Origin: Macrostomum lignano
Lineage: Eukaryota
Length of the DNA stretch: 64,000 nucleotides
NCBI GenBank assembly: GCA_002269645.1
Contig: NIVC01002061.1
Location: forward strand, 62,001-126,000
Reading direction: 5' to 3'
Made by a program: the position numbers and the translations under genes. The number at the start of each line of letters is the position of its first letter. The first letter of the stretch is position 1. This document shows positions 14,900-26,902 of the stretch, piece by piece. The notes under the pieces are model-generated. The model was not told the DNA's origin. It searched no databases and worked only from the letters and a program-made list of their open reading frames with translations.

Positions 14900-16768
14900 A
14901 TGAGCCGTCATGTTTCAGCTATGCTCAGGTGAGATTTTTTAACGTAATGTAACGCTTTCGGAGGTTAGGATCTGAAATTAGAACACACCAATAGCGCAAC
15001 ATATCTTTGGTTATCGTCAAGCACTACCGAATAACACTACTGCAAAATGAGCTGCAGCACACACAGGTACATTTATTACTAACCTCGCCTATAATGCATG
15101 CATTCATACATTCTTACTTCGATTCAAAGAGCAGAGCTCCTTTTCAATCAACAAACACTACTTTAAATCTTATATCGCAGGTGGGCGGTGGTATTGTCTC
15201 TGCTGCTGAGCTGCTGGGAAGTCGAGTCACAGACGCACTGCTCAAATGGTGGAACCTTTGACTACGTCAGCTACCGGTGCATTTGTACACCAGAGTTCTA
15301 TGGACGGACCTGCGAGACCGCTTTTTCAAGCTCTGATCCGTGCAGCAATGCCAGCATACCCGAAATTACTGACTCCACGGCCTCTCATGCACCTGGCAAC
15401 ACCCAGTCGTGTTCATCAACTGGTGGTTGCATCAACTTTTACAACATGGCGACTGGATGGTACCGACTGAGGTCTCCTGCTGGGGGCTTCCTAACCAGCA
15501 TGTGTCCCAACACAACGGTCAGCTGCGGCAGCGCCGACCCTTATATCCTCACCGACATCGTCCAGGAAGCCAATGCGAACAGACAGCTTTTTTCCGCCAA
15601 ACTCTTCAGAGTCAGTCAGCCAGGACCCGTCTGCTACAACTCGGCAGAGACTTCATATCCTGTCCGAATCCTCTACTGCGGATTGTTTAATCTTTACTAT
15701 TTGGAACCCACCATGTCGAGCAGTCACCACTTCTGCATCGGAAACAGGAAGGCGTGCAGCGGCGGTCTTGTGTCAGCTGACGGCTCGGGCTACGAGCCCT
15801 GCGTCAACGCATCCGCGTGCTTGCCAAGGGTGAAGTCCGGAGCCGACGTGTTGCCAGTGCTTAGCCAAGCAAAGAGTGCTTCATCCGAGCCGCATTTTGA
15901 TCGATTTAACTGTGCCATTCGTGACGCGTTTAGTACAAACTCTACGCTAGGACTCCTTTATAGGGTGAAATACCGAATCACATTTCACAACTCAACGCAG
16001 GTCGTCATTCTAGGCTGCACAGTTGATGATTTATCTGTGGCTCCAGGAAATCGAGTCATCGCGTCCTGCCCGTACGAAAAGATGCTAATGCCGCATTCGA
16101 ACATCTACGGTGCAACACTGGAGTGCACCCTTCAGGCAAAGTGCAACTCATCGGCGGAAGACTACATTTCCCAGGAGCTGGTTTCTGCTTCTCACCGACT
16201 TCTCTTTCAGTTAGTAGAGCCCTCCTCGTTGGTGCTCACAACGTCTAATCCGATCCAACTTTGCATCAACATTTCCAAGGTTCCAATCATTGGCGAGGTC
16301 ACTCTGAGAGTTTCAGCACGACAGACAGCGGCTGTGCCAAACGAAGTTCTGAAAGTAGAGATTAAAGCAGCTCAGTTTGGCCAATCGAAGTCGGGCATTG
16401 ATGCTCTATCCGTCACTTTGAATGCAACGAATCGACACCCGGTCATCTGTTTAGAGTTGAGGTTGTTAATTTCGAATCAAGCAGCGGCGTTGACAGTGAA
16501 TGGAACTCAAATTGAGGTGAGCGCCGGTTTCAACTCAACCGCTTCGAGCAGCGGTGTCTACACCGCTGGAAGATTGGTGACATTTATGTCCCTAAAGTTG
16601 ATGGCCGACGGCTCTGCGTTGAATATGAGGTCGACTACGACTACTATGTCGTCACGTTTCTTGACGATCACTTTGTCAAGCACGCCAGGGTTGGTTTTGA
16701 AGCCCTACGAGAATTTGTCCATTGTTCTCGGCAGTGCTATTTTGCTTCGCCTTTGTCTGCGTACATGA
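14900..16768 (+). CDS. Short paralogue of the VWDE-like gene (signal peptide, EGF, D8C-like, spacer; no VWD or C-terminal EGF); exons 14900-14928 and 15181-16768; 538 aa
   Basis: ATGAGCCGTCATGTTTCAGCTATGCTCAG|GTGAG ... TATCGCAG|GTGG, same intron position and phase as the minus-strand copy. N-terminal ~230 aa near-identical, remainder homologous but diverged (e.g. SNIYGATLECTLQAKCNS vs SNIYGGTLECVLQAKCNS). Ends in hydrophobic LSIVLGSAILLRLCL. Confidence 0.88.
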
Positions 16769-17574
16769 CTAGCATTAGAAACTGGAGTTTCACGGGTTTT
16801 TAAGGAGCTTTTCTTAAAGATTTGATTATTTTTACGGAACTGTGACGCTTGTTAACAATTATTTTGTAGACTTTCAGCACGTGGACTAAATTGTAAAGCT
16901 GAAAGAAATGCTAACCAGGAGTGAATGAGTGTGATTATATGACGTAACGATTTCATGTATGAATTGTATTTATAAAGGCTAGATTTTTTGTTGTGGAAAT
17001 TTCTATGCATCAGATAGTAGGTACATATTACTAAAGTACAAAATTCTTGGTTTTTTGTACCCAACTGCTGATCCTATTACTTTGAGCTAATAGTAATTCA
17101 GTTTTATAATTTGCTCATGCCTAGAACGCAAAAGGATAGTTGTTTTTTATTTATCCAGGCACTGAGTGTAAACAAGAAAATCATTTGTAGGTAATAGGTA
17201 CAGTTTTAGTTTTTAGAGCTGAGCTAGAGTACCTTGTTTCCGTGATGTTGTTTGAAATTTAATATTAGCTTATTTTATTATGCTTACCTATCAAAGTTTT
17301 GTCCCCAAATATCTTCTTTACAGCAGAAACACCAATTCCGTTTACTTTTACAATCCTAAGCAGTTGTGCACAAGCAACAAAAATGTTTCAAATTCTGCAA
17401 TGTAAGCAGCTGTGCTTAGAGAAATTTTTGCTTTACAGTAGTTTGCTTTTACTAAAATTTCTGTGGAAAACTCTGTCTTAAATAGAAAAAACGTTTCTCC
17501 TTTAATCGGTAAATTGTGGCTAAAATATATTTGATTTGAAACCTGTCTTTTTAAGCGATTAAAGCAGATAATCT

Positions 17575-18016
17575 CCAGTCCTAACTGACTGATTCTGGAA
17601 AATTTCGGAATATACAGCTGTCTGTTCGGGTTGACTTCCTAAACGATGTTCGTGAGGATATTAGGGTAGGCTCTGCCGCAGGTTAGGAAGTCTCCAACTG
17701 GAGACCTCAGTGAGTACCATCCGGTCAAAATCTTGTAGAATTTGAAGCAACCACCAGTTGATGAAAACATCAGATGCGTTGAGAGGTGCGGAAGAGGCCT
17801 TGGAGTCTGTGATTTCCGGCATGCTGTGATTGCTGCAAGGATCAGCGTTTGCAAAGGCGGTCTCGCGAGTACCGTCCATAAAACTCTGGTGTACATTTCA
17901 AAGTCAAAGTCAAAGTCAAAGGTTCCACCAGTTGAGCACTGCGTCTGTTAATAATCGCGCCTACAGAATAAAATAACGAGCGCAACAGCAAGATTAGCCA
18001 TAAACCAGTCACGCAT
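17575..18016 (-). pseudogene. Third, truncated and disabled copy of the EGF-D8C gene family
   Basis: MRDWFMANLAVALVILFCRRDY*QTQCSTGGTFD..., in-frame TAA at 17950-17948, (TTTGAC)n expansion, frameshifts, then ETAFANADPCSNHSMPEITDS and STGGCFKFYKILTGWYSLRSP homologous to the intact copies. Confidence 0.85.
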
Positions 18017-18189
18017 TCTGCTGTCTTGCACAGCCATCAAACAGACAGATATCGATCTGGAACTCATTCATTGCTACCACTTCTTTCCCGGATGTGGAAT
18101 CGAGTCTTCACCGCTACAGCAGCGGCGTTAATCACTCTTTACCTTTGATTGATAAATCCTCAGACTGCATCGGAAGGGGTTTATAGTCT

Positions 18190-18460
18190 AGTGGCCGTGG
18201 TTCAGGCTCGATTCCAGGCGAGTGGCACATCAATTTGGGGCTAAATTGGAATCTCGGCTTGGGTCTGAGTGGGCAATAAACGCTTTTGAGGGCCAACCCA
18301 ACGATAAATAAGGATAGGGCCGCTGTACACTCCTATGTGAGCGCGTGCCTGCGCGTATGAATGCGTACGTACATGTATGCGTGTGTGGGGGGGGGGTTGG
18401 TGGAATGGACAGTAATGCCGTTTTAAGTACACCAGGGTACACAGTTCCATTCCTCTAATA
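18190..18460 (+). mobile_element. tRNA-derived SINE, 5'-truncated copy
   Basis: B-box-like GGCTCGATTCC; shared core TAGGGCCGCTGTACACTCCTATGTGAG; 3' CCAGGGTACACA..CCTCTAATA shared with the 33111-33470 copy. Confidence 0.75.
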
Positions 18461-21119
18461 CCAAAATAGACTACAATACTACATGTACATCAGACAGAAA
18501 GATAAGAACTCCTCTCAGATTCTGTTTTCGCAATTAGTAGGTTTTATACTACGAGTTTTGGATTGGTGCACTCGCTCTATTGTTGTGAAAGTGTCTTTTT
18601 GCAAAAAAATACCGCACTATCACAGGATGCTGCTACACAGTTTTAAGTAACAAAACACGCGTTTATAAATTTAATTAATTACAGTAAGCCAGTCTGCCTC
18701 ATTTAGTGCAAGTTTATATCCTGTTTCTGTTTGTTGTTTTCAGTTGCAAACCTTACGGATTTTGAAACCTAACGAAAGATATTTTATTCTGCTATTACAG
18801 GTTTATGCTGTGTGAAGCTGGGTAAAATGAGATTTAAGCTCTGCTGTTGAATCGTTACATGGTGGATGTGGATTGGTTATCTCGCTGGACAATGGACAAT
18901 AAGCAGACAAATGTAAATATACAAGAATGAAGGTTAGATCTATATATAGTTCGCATGTGTTGTGTCGGGTTGAATCTGCACTGCTTAGCATACACTCAGA
19001 AACATAGTTAAAGTTTCCACCCCGAAACCAGAGGTAAACTGTCCTCAGATCTCGGCTCCAGGTGGCGCAACTCACACCACGCCCGCGGTTCTCATCTTAA
19101 CTGTGGATGATGTAATTGACTCTTAGAAGCTCTCACTGCCAGAATTCGAGGGAACCCGCCCCTGCCGCCGCCATCGCAGTTGTGTGAAGACAAGAGTGAG
19201 TTGCGTTTCTTTCTCACTTGCGGGACTGGCTGGGTCTGATTTGTGCTATAGGGACGGGCTTATCAAGTCTCCTGACGCGATCCCACGCCCAGAGTCCGAA
19301 GTCAGTCCGGCCAGTTGACTGACGCCATCTCCGGGCTCGTCCACTGAGATAGCTAGAGTTGCGATACGGCCTTTTCACAGCGCATCGGCATCAGATCAGG
19401 CCAATTTCTTGTGGTAACACACGGCTTGGGCATACCTGTTCTCTTGTCGCTCTGTACTTTAATATTATTTGACGGTTAATTATCAGATAGAAGAGCAGAA
19501 ATGGAAAAGTTCATGCCCAAAAGCTTAAGTTAATCGCCCACCAGCCACCCGTTTGAGCCATAGACTATAGAAAGCAGGTGCCATTGGGTGCTCATTTCTG
19601 CCAATGTGGATCTCAATTCAATTCCCAATACCTCAACGAGACGCAAAACGACACGAGGGCTCGAACATCTATTGTAGAGTGTTCTACTTCCCACAAAAAT
19701 CATAAAAACTGTTAATTTACAGGTACAGGTTTATTCATAGAAATGCTACTGTAAGTAGAGCAACGCACGCATGCGCTGTAGCGGGTGCTACAACTAAGAA
19801 CAAAAGGCAGATAATTGCAGTGGAACGAAGTGTAAAAACTAGCGGTGGGGAATGCCGCTCTGGCTTCTTAGCTTAGCGCTGTAGAACTGTATTTCACCGT
19901 TAACATCTGCCATAGATAATAGAATCGTACTTACACGAGCGTATGATCAACGGCTGTGTAGTGTTGTAGTGTTATATCTACAACACATAGTGCTATAGCG
20001 CACCAAAATTTTAACTATGAATCATATTACTATTTATAACTAAAATGAGTCATGCTACTATTTATATCTTGCGAAAATTGTGTATAAATACAAGAGGTCC
20101 GAAGCGGACCGGAGCCTTATATCCTTTAAGAGAGAAGAAGAGCTTCGAATAAGGAAGCCAGCAAGATCCTTCAGACCAAGTCAACCGGGACTCGGCTGAG
20201 TTCTTTGCGGTAAGCCTTACTCATTTGCGCTACACTTGTTGAGTTGACTCGAGAGTGTTGTTGTGACTGAGTCTATCTGAGACTCCATTGGTAGTAGTCT
20301 TGACTTGTGTAAAGTCAAAGTCATTACTGGAGCTATACCTAGAGTGGATTACTTCACTGCTAGAAGGAGTAGGCTTGTTTAAACCGCAGCGCGGCGCAGG
20401 GATCCCCATTGTTGATTCGAAGCTTCTTATTGGTTCGGACTACAGATACCGGACAGCGACATGCCCAAGGCAGTAAACTAGTATAGAAACTACCAGCATC
20501 AAGGCGTCTATACGAACTGACGACGAGGAATTCCAGATCGACAAAGGGGTACTCATTACTGGTTACTGATTGCCTAGCAGTAGCTAGAAGTGATTTTCCT
20601 TGATTACTAAGAAAGTCTTAGTAAGGAACACATTAATATTTAAGGCTGACTAAGGCTATAAATTCGATTAAAAACGACTTCTGATCAGTGGATACCCATA
20701 TTATTTAGTGAATTGATAGCAGCTTTAAGAAAAAAATAAATCAAAGCAACATCGACATTTTCTTGTGAAGTTATACACTACAGCAAAACATTATATTTTA
20801 TATACTCATTTGAAATATTATTTCATACAATTTAGAAATATGCAAACGCCTATACACAAATTTTAAATCCTCTCAATAGGGACACCAAACATGATGAACG
20901 GCAAACTATACTACTGTATCCCAGTAGCAACTACATGTAGCTCACCTTGTGATTGAAGTTTCTTGATTAGCACGGCTTGTATTGTAATGGTTTTGTATCT
21001 TCTCGACTTTTTAATAATATTGATGACCTAAAGAAACAGCTGTCTAGAATATTATTTGCACCAGCTTGCTTTGTTGAAAATATTTGGTTTTGTTATACTT
21101 TCTGACTTCCAGAAAAAAA

Positions 21120-21345
21120 AATAATATTAATAATAATAATAATTGATTACGCCTGCCCTAATGGGCAGATGTGCAACCGACAGCTCAGCCGCAGCTATTG
21201 CGCGGCGCATCTGAAGGCTGTGTACGGCTGTTCAGTCCAAGGACTGGGGGGGGAGGGTCACCACACACCCTCAATTACCCCAGCTAATGCTGGCACCCAT
21301 TTTACAACTGGGTGAACTGAAGCAAAGCAGAGTTAAGCGTCTTGT
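21120..21345 (-). mobile_element. CORE-SINE-like element fragment
   Basis: CCCATTTTACAACTGGGTGAACTGAAGCAAAGCAGAGTTAAGCGTCTTG resembles the reverse complement of the MIR/CORE domain (CCCATTTTACAGATGAGGAAACTGAGGC..GAGGTTAAGTGACTTG, from memory); (ATT)n tail at ~21125-21143. Confidence 0.6.
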
Positions 21346-21364
21346 GATTGTTGATAAGCTCGGT

Positions 21365-21840
21365 TAGAGTGATACTGAGGGGGAGTGATGCTAAGGGGAG
21401 TGACGCTGAGGGGGAGTGATGCTAAGGGGAGTGACGCTGAGGGGGAGTGATGCTAAGGGGAGTGACGCTGAGGGGGAGTGATGCTAAGGGGAGTGACGCT
21501 GAGGGGGAGTGATGCTGAGGTGAGTGACGCTGAGGGGGAGTGATGCTGAGGTGATCGTGACGCTGAGGGGAGTGATGCTGAGGGGAGTGACGCTGAGGTG
21601 AGTGACGCTGAGGGGGAGTGATGCTGAGGTGAGTAATGCTGAGGGGAGTGATGCTGAGGGGAGTGACGCTGAGGGGGAGTGATGCTGAGGTGAGTGACGC
21701 TGAGGGGAGTGATGCTGAGGGGAGTGACGCTGAGGGGGAGTGATGCTGAGGTGAGTGATGCTGAGGGGGAGTGATGCTGAGGAGAGTGACGCTGAGGGGA
21801 ATGATGCTGAGGGTGCTGATACTGATTGGGATGCTGATAG
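21365..21840. repeat. G-rich 15-16-bp minisatellite (GATGCTGAGGGGGAGT)n
   Basis: About 30 tandem units; same family as 56365-56735. Confidence 0.95.
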
Positions 21841-22988
21841 GGAATGAGGAAGTGACTTTGAGGGCAAATGAATTTGAATTGTAACGATAGTGAAAAGGGA
21901 CAGATCCATGCACGTAATTTTTTCGTCACACTGCATTTAAATGAATGTTCGCACATCCTTGCAGAAACTTTTTGGGGAATTAAAAAACTGTCGCTAAATA
22001 GCTATAAAGTCATTTCGCTCACTTGAGTGGAGTGAGTGGAGGTTAAAAGGCTGTTCTGAGTCGCAACAAAAAAACAAAAAATTACGAGTACCTCCCTCCA
22101 CACCCTGATATAAGTACTCTAAGCATTCTGCTTTCAGATTAGAAATGCCCCCTATAGAAATCCATTTGGGGTTGGAGGGACTCTCATTACTAAGGCTCTA
22201 AAATAACTTCGATTGTCGATGTGCAGAGAGCCAAATGCGAACTGAGGCTGCAGATTCAACTCGATTTGCTTGAGTTGAGTTTTGCTGTTAGGTTCTATTG
22301 TTCGGGCGATCTGATAGTTTAATCTGTTGTGGGTGGATCGATTATTCTTAATTAAGGTTCAATGAATCAACCTGTCGAATCTAAATAGTTTGGCTAGATT
22401 TGTGTACTACGCTCGGATCTGTTCAAGTTAAGGATTAGCTAGGAGAAGAAACAAAAACTTCTTGCTTGGTTTTAATCTTGGCTTACATAGCAATTTCAGT
22501 CTTTAGCATTGGGGACTAATTTAGACTTTTAGATAGTACCAAAGACCTTTGATAAAACTCAAAGATCGTGTAAATTTTAGGAGGTCGATTTCCTGAAATA
22601 AATACACTGCGGAGATAGGAAAAATATTTTTTTATCACAAAATAAATGATTGCATCCTTAGAATGAGTGATCCTTGGATGGTACATGCCTACTTTTCATT
22701 GGTTGAGGCTGGGGTCGTGTCCTAAGCTTTTGCTTGTTGGAGCACATTGATTGGCTGGTAATACTGTAGCGGTTTATTCGTTCGTGTTCAGACGGCTAAT
22801 TATATATTTAGTATAATGGATTTTATAGTATATTTATATAACAATTTGTTACTTTGACCAATCAGGAGGCGGGGCGAGACGGTCCGGGCGACGACGAGTA
22901 CAAAATTGAATTCTACCCGCGGTTGAAATACTATACAGATTCTCGGAATCATACAGTAAAACAAAAGTAATAATCAATTGTACATATA

Positions 22989-23181
22989 CATGGGAGCACG
23001 AGAATTTCCCGCAGAAACTTCGACGGGAAAAACTCTCGCGGGAAAGCCTCGCCGCGGAAAAATCTCGTCGGGAAAAGCTCGGCGCGAAAACACCCAGCGG
23101 GGAAACCTCGCTGCGGGCAAAACTCGCGCGGGTAAACCTTGGCGGGAAAAATTCCTGCGGGAAATTCTCATAGACCCCATA
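22989..23181. mobile_element. ~190-bp MITE with internal tandem GCGGGAAAA..CTC motifs
   Basis: Perfect inverted repeat GAGAATTTCCCGCAG (23000-23014) / CTGCGGGAAATTCTC (23155-23169); imperfect outer ends CATGGG / CCCATA in a TA-rich context. Confidence 0.65.
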
Positions 23182-23419
23182 TACATACCGAAATAGCAAA
23201 ATTTAATACAACTAAAAATACATAAAAATAAATACACAATACACTGCTTCATAAAATAATTAAATCCACGTTACAGCACGTTCAAACTACTTCAGTAGAT
23301 GGGAATTTTCAGAACCAAACACTTCGAAGCAAATTAGCATAATAGCACAGACAGAAGTACAGATTAAGAGAGAAAGTGAGAAAGAGACTATTTCTTTTTT
23401 CTTTTCTTTTCTTGATGGC

Positions 23420-24130
23420 AAACTATCCGTGGATAAAGTTGTGCACTGCTGATGCTGAAGCATTGATGATGCTGCAGACATTATATACATACATGTAACA
23501 GATCCCCAGCTGGACAGGACGCAAATGGTCGGAAGAGATCAGACGCTAATTTACGCCGGTCTAAAACTGGACCAAAATCTGTAGACGGCCGGCACCAATA
23601 GCGATCGCAGAGTAGACAATGAGGGTATTGCAGCAGGGAAGATACATGTTGAGTGTAGCTACCACACCATATATATACGTATATATGATCGAGTAGTGTC
23701 CCAGGGTCCTCTGGTTCTGGTCCTTCTCCAAGAAGCTACGAGTGAATCGTCACAGTATATCTATCCCCTAGAATTTAACTGTTACTTTAAGATTGAGTGG
23801 ACTTTCACGTAAAGCACGGAATGTCCCAGTAGCGTACAGCGTTGCGGCAAGACACATGATGTTACTACTCTGATGGTCCTGAGTCCTGTAGCGGTGTTTC
23901 CGCTGAATCGCGGTTGTCCGGTTTTTGTTACCCCAACTCTCCTTTATATACTAGGATTGGCTATAAATGTCCATCTACGACTCGACACTGGCAAGTCTGA
24001 TCAATTTTTTAACAAGAATGTAAAAATATTTTCTCCCTGCAATTGGCGAATAAATAATCTTTCCTTCTCTGCTCTCCGACAATTGGCTCCTTAGATTATT
24101 CGTCTGCACAAGCTGGTTCCTTCGTCCAGC
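23420..24130. repeat. Dispersed repeat (possibly LTR-derived) homologous to 57218-57560
   Basis: Shared blocks AACTATCCGT, GATGCTGCAGACATTATATACA, CCCCAGCTG..GATCAGACGC..TTACGCCGGTC..AAAATCTGTAG, TATTTTCTCCC..ACAATTGGCTCCTT. Confidence 0.65.
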
Positions 24131-26902
24131 CAATAAGCATTCGCTTCACAATTATATGGTCCGACCGGGCGTAGCTTGGTTGGGTGTTAAACCAGTGGGG
24201 CGTGGCTCTTGTGCGTTGGTGCGGGGGTGGTGGGCCGGGCCTTGGTCACGTGCCCGCGGCCTGGGTGGCGTTTATTTAATACGGTGCGGGCTGTCGCTGA
24301 CCCGCCAAGCGCTTATTGATTTTTTTCTCGCTTTTAAGTCTCCAAGGTTTTTATTTGGCTTTTAAGTCCGGTAAATTAAAGTTCATAAATACGCTCGAAT
24401 ACTCGTACAATAGGGCCAAGCTCGAACCTGCGCCTCTCGTGCCAACTGCCTTGACTTCGTCTCACGACCCTTTCTATTCGACCCTTTTCTGAGAGAGTGC
24501 AGGGGCAGTTCACAAAGCGTTGTGGGCGCCAAACTTTTGGGCTATATTTAGCTACACTAGTCAAAAATAAGGGTGAGGAGCAGAGTGTTAAAACAAATTG
24601 GCTTCTTATAAGGTACTCGTATTTTGACGGGAAATTTAACTGAATGAACCTCATCAGTTGCAAATAAAGGAAACGAACATTGAGAATAATGCAGGAGCAA
24701 GAGGAAAAGAGAGTAGAGAGTTATTTATCATGATGGGTTTCGACCTTCGGGCTCCTTGTTAGGGAAGCCTTCGGGCCTCAGGCTCAGAAATAAATCAATT
24801 AGAGACCTGGCCCCCCACTCCTGTCAGATGGTCAGCCCCATGGTAGCTACCATGGTACCATGGTAGCAGTCTAGGTCCTATAGCTAAGAGAGGGACAGCG
24901 AGAGACGAGCAGGGAGAATTTTGAAAGTAGAAATTAGCTAATCCGCAGATCAACTAACTTGCTGCCACCAGCCCGTGCGCCCTGGCTCACCACACCGGGA
25001 CTCTCGAAATCGGGCTTCCGACTAGAAGGGGCTTTGCACTTACCTGCCAACTAGTGTCTTTTTGCTGTCAATCTCGAAGTCATAGCCGATGATAAGGGAC
25101 ACTGCTGGGACTAGATCGCGTTGGCCATGCAGGTACAGAGGGGACTTGTGCAGGGGATTCTTGCGGTGGCGAGTCTATGGGGTAGCTACATGTACTATTA
25201 CATTGCTAAATACGAAGATATGTACTTTTAGCCTTCAACGCGCCAACTAGCCTCTCATAGCGCTGATGATAGGCTAACTCGAACTTCAGAGACCGCATGA
25301 TTCATTTACCCGAGCCGCTTGGCTACCCTAGAGTGCACAAAGTACATCTCTGGCGCCGATTCTGCACTTCTGGCAGTTTTGCTCACTGATTTGTTAGATT
25401 GGTCGACTGAGAACTGCCTTGCCATTGGTCCACTGTGACCGGCGCCTACTAGCTTAGCTACTCATCTGAGCCATCGGCGAACAAAGAAATAAAGCCGACA
25501 AAGATAACTGTTAGATTTAACCTTCTCCTTAGTTCACTTCACACTTTAGATTGAATTGGAGTCTTAGACTACTAGCAGTATTATTGAATGATTCCTGCCT
25601 CAGCAACAGCACTACTGAACAAAATGAGCAAAAGTGTGCGCCTAATTCAGCTACTGCAACAGGGGACAGAAAAGGGATCACCCAATCAAGCAAGTCTAGG
25701 TGGCCTCTCACCCAACCAATCAGAAACTCAACAGCCGGAGACCAGGTATTCCACAGTGACCGAATCGGCTCGATGCTCTGCAGCTGTAGACTCGGGATGA
25801 TGCTGTCACAATCTTCGCTGTTAGCTAGCAGGTGATGCTCTTAACTGGATGTTCGCTGCTGTCGACCGGGGGACTCGTCCTTGATGATGATGGGGGAAGT
25901 TGCAATCCGGGGATCAAGAAACGACGGTCGTGCTCCGGGAACCAGAAGTTGCGCGCTGGGCCCGAGCCAAAGTAAGAAGAAGTTGCGTCCGAGCGGGCCA
26001 AAAACACCGGTTTAAATAGCCGCCAACTGGACCGCAGTTTGTTATAACGGAACACGACGATTCTGATTGGCTGAGCCGTTTTGTTAAAATGAGCGCCGAA
26101 TTTTATGATTGGCTAAGCTCGTTGCTACCCAGAATCACGTGACCGAGAGATCCTATCAGTTCCCACAGGGTCGTAAAAAGATGACAGGTGCGGCCATAAA
26201 TCACTCAAAATCGCAACAAAATGATTTATGACTTTTCGCGTAGGATTGACAGAAATTAATGAAAAAATATACATTAGAAAGCTCTTATTAAATAGAAAGT
26301 GAAGATAATGAAGAGAAATCGCTAATCGCTAATCCCAAGGTACTTTTAGGGGTAAAACGCATAGCTGTCAAAGCTGTCACACGCTTGAGTGAATCCGAAC
26401 AATAGGCTCTGACCTCATAAATCTTGATGGCCTGTCAAAATGATGAGAAAAAAGCTACCGCCCGCATCCTCTCAGACCATCTGGCGCCCGTCTCAACACT
26501 GAGTGAGGCGCAGGTGGCTGTCAGACCAACTTCGGAAGCGATGATTTACGACCCAAAAAGCTACGCCTATGTTATTATGACTACTAGTATGGCCAGACAT
26601 TATATCTAGTATAGATTCTATGACAATTCGCAGAAAAAGGATAAAAATGCCCACTGCCCACTGTTAGTAGGCAAGTAAGTTTAGAGCCCATGTGCTAGCG
26701 CGGGATTTGGGAAAAAAGTGCGTCCTCATCAATCATACTAGAAAAAGGGGAAATCTTAAAGGCAGAGAATGACTTTCTACCAAATCTGCTATAATTAGTA
26801 GCAATAAATGAAAATGAAAACCCGCCAATAAAAGAGAAGATATTTAAAATTAAGCTGTACATGTAGTTGGAAGGTGATGTACACAAATTTGCATAGCAGA
26901 TA

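Noticed and set aside
20100-20540. RT-like motifs (SFRP, LDL.K, QGSP, DD) in order
   Set aside because: Spacing is much shorter than in real RTs and spread over different frames; possibly a relic but unsupported.
25260-25290. CTGATGA hammerhead core (also TCATCAG at ~24652)
   Set aside because: No stem II plus GAAA or flanking stems.
26460-26520. Tyrosine-recombinase-like HS.R / RW motifs
   Set aside because: Spacing is incompatible and frameshifts are required.
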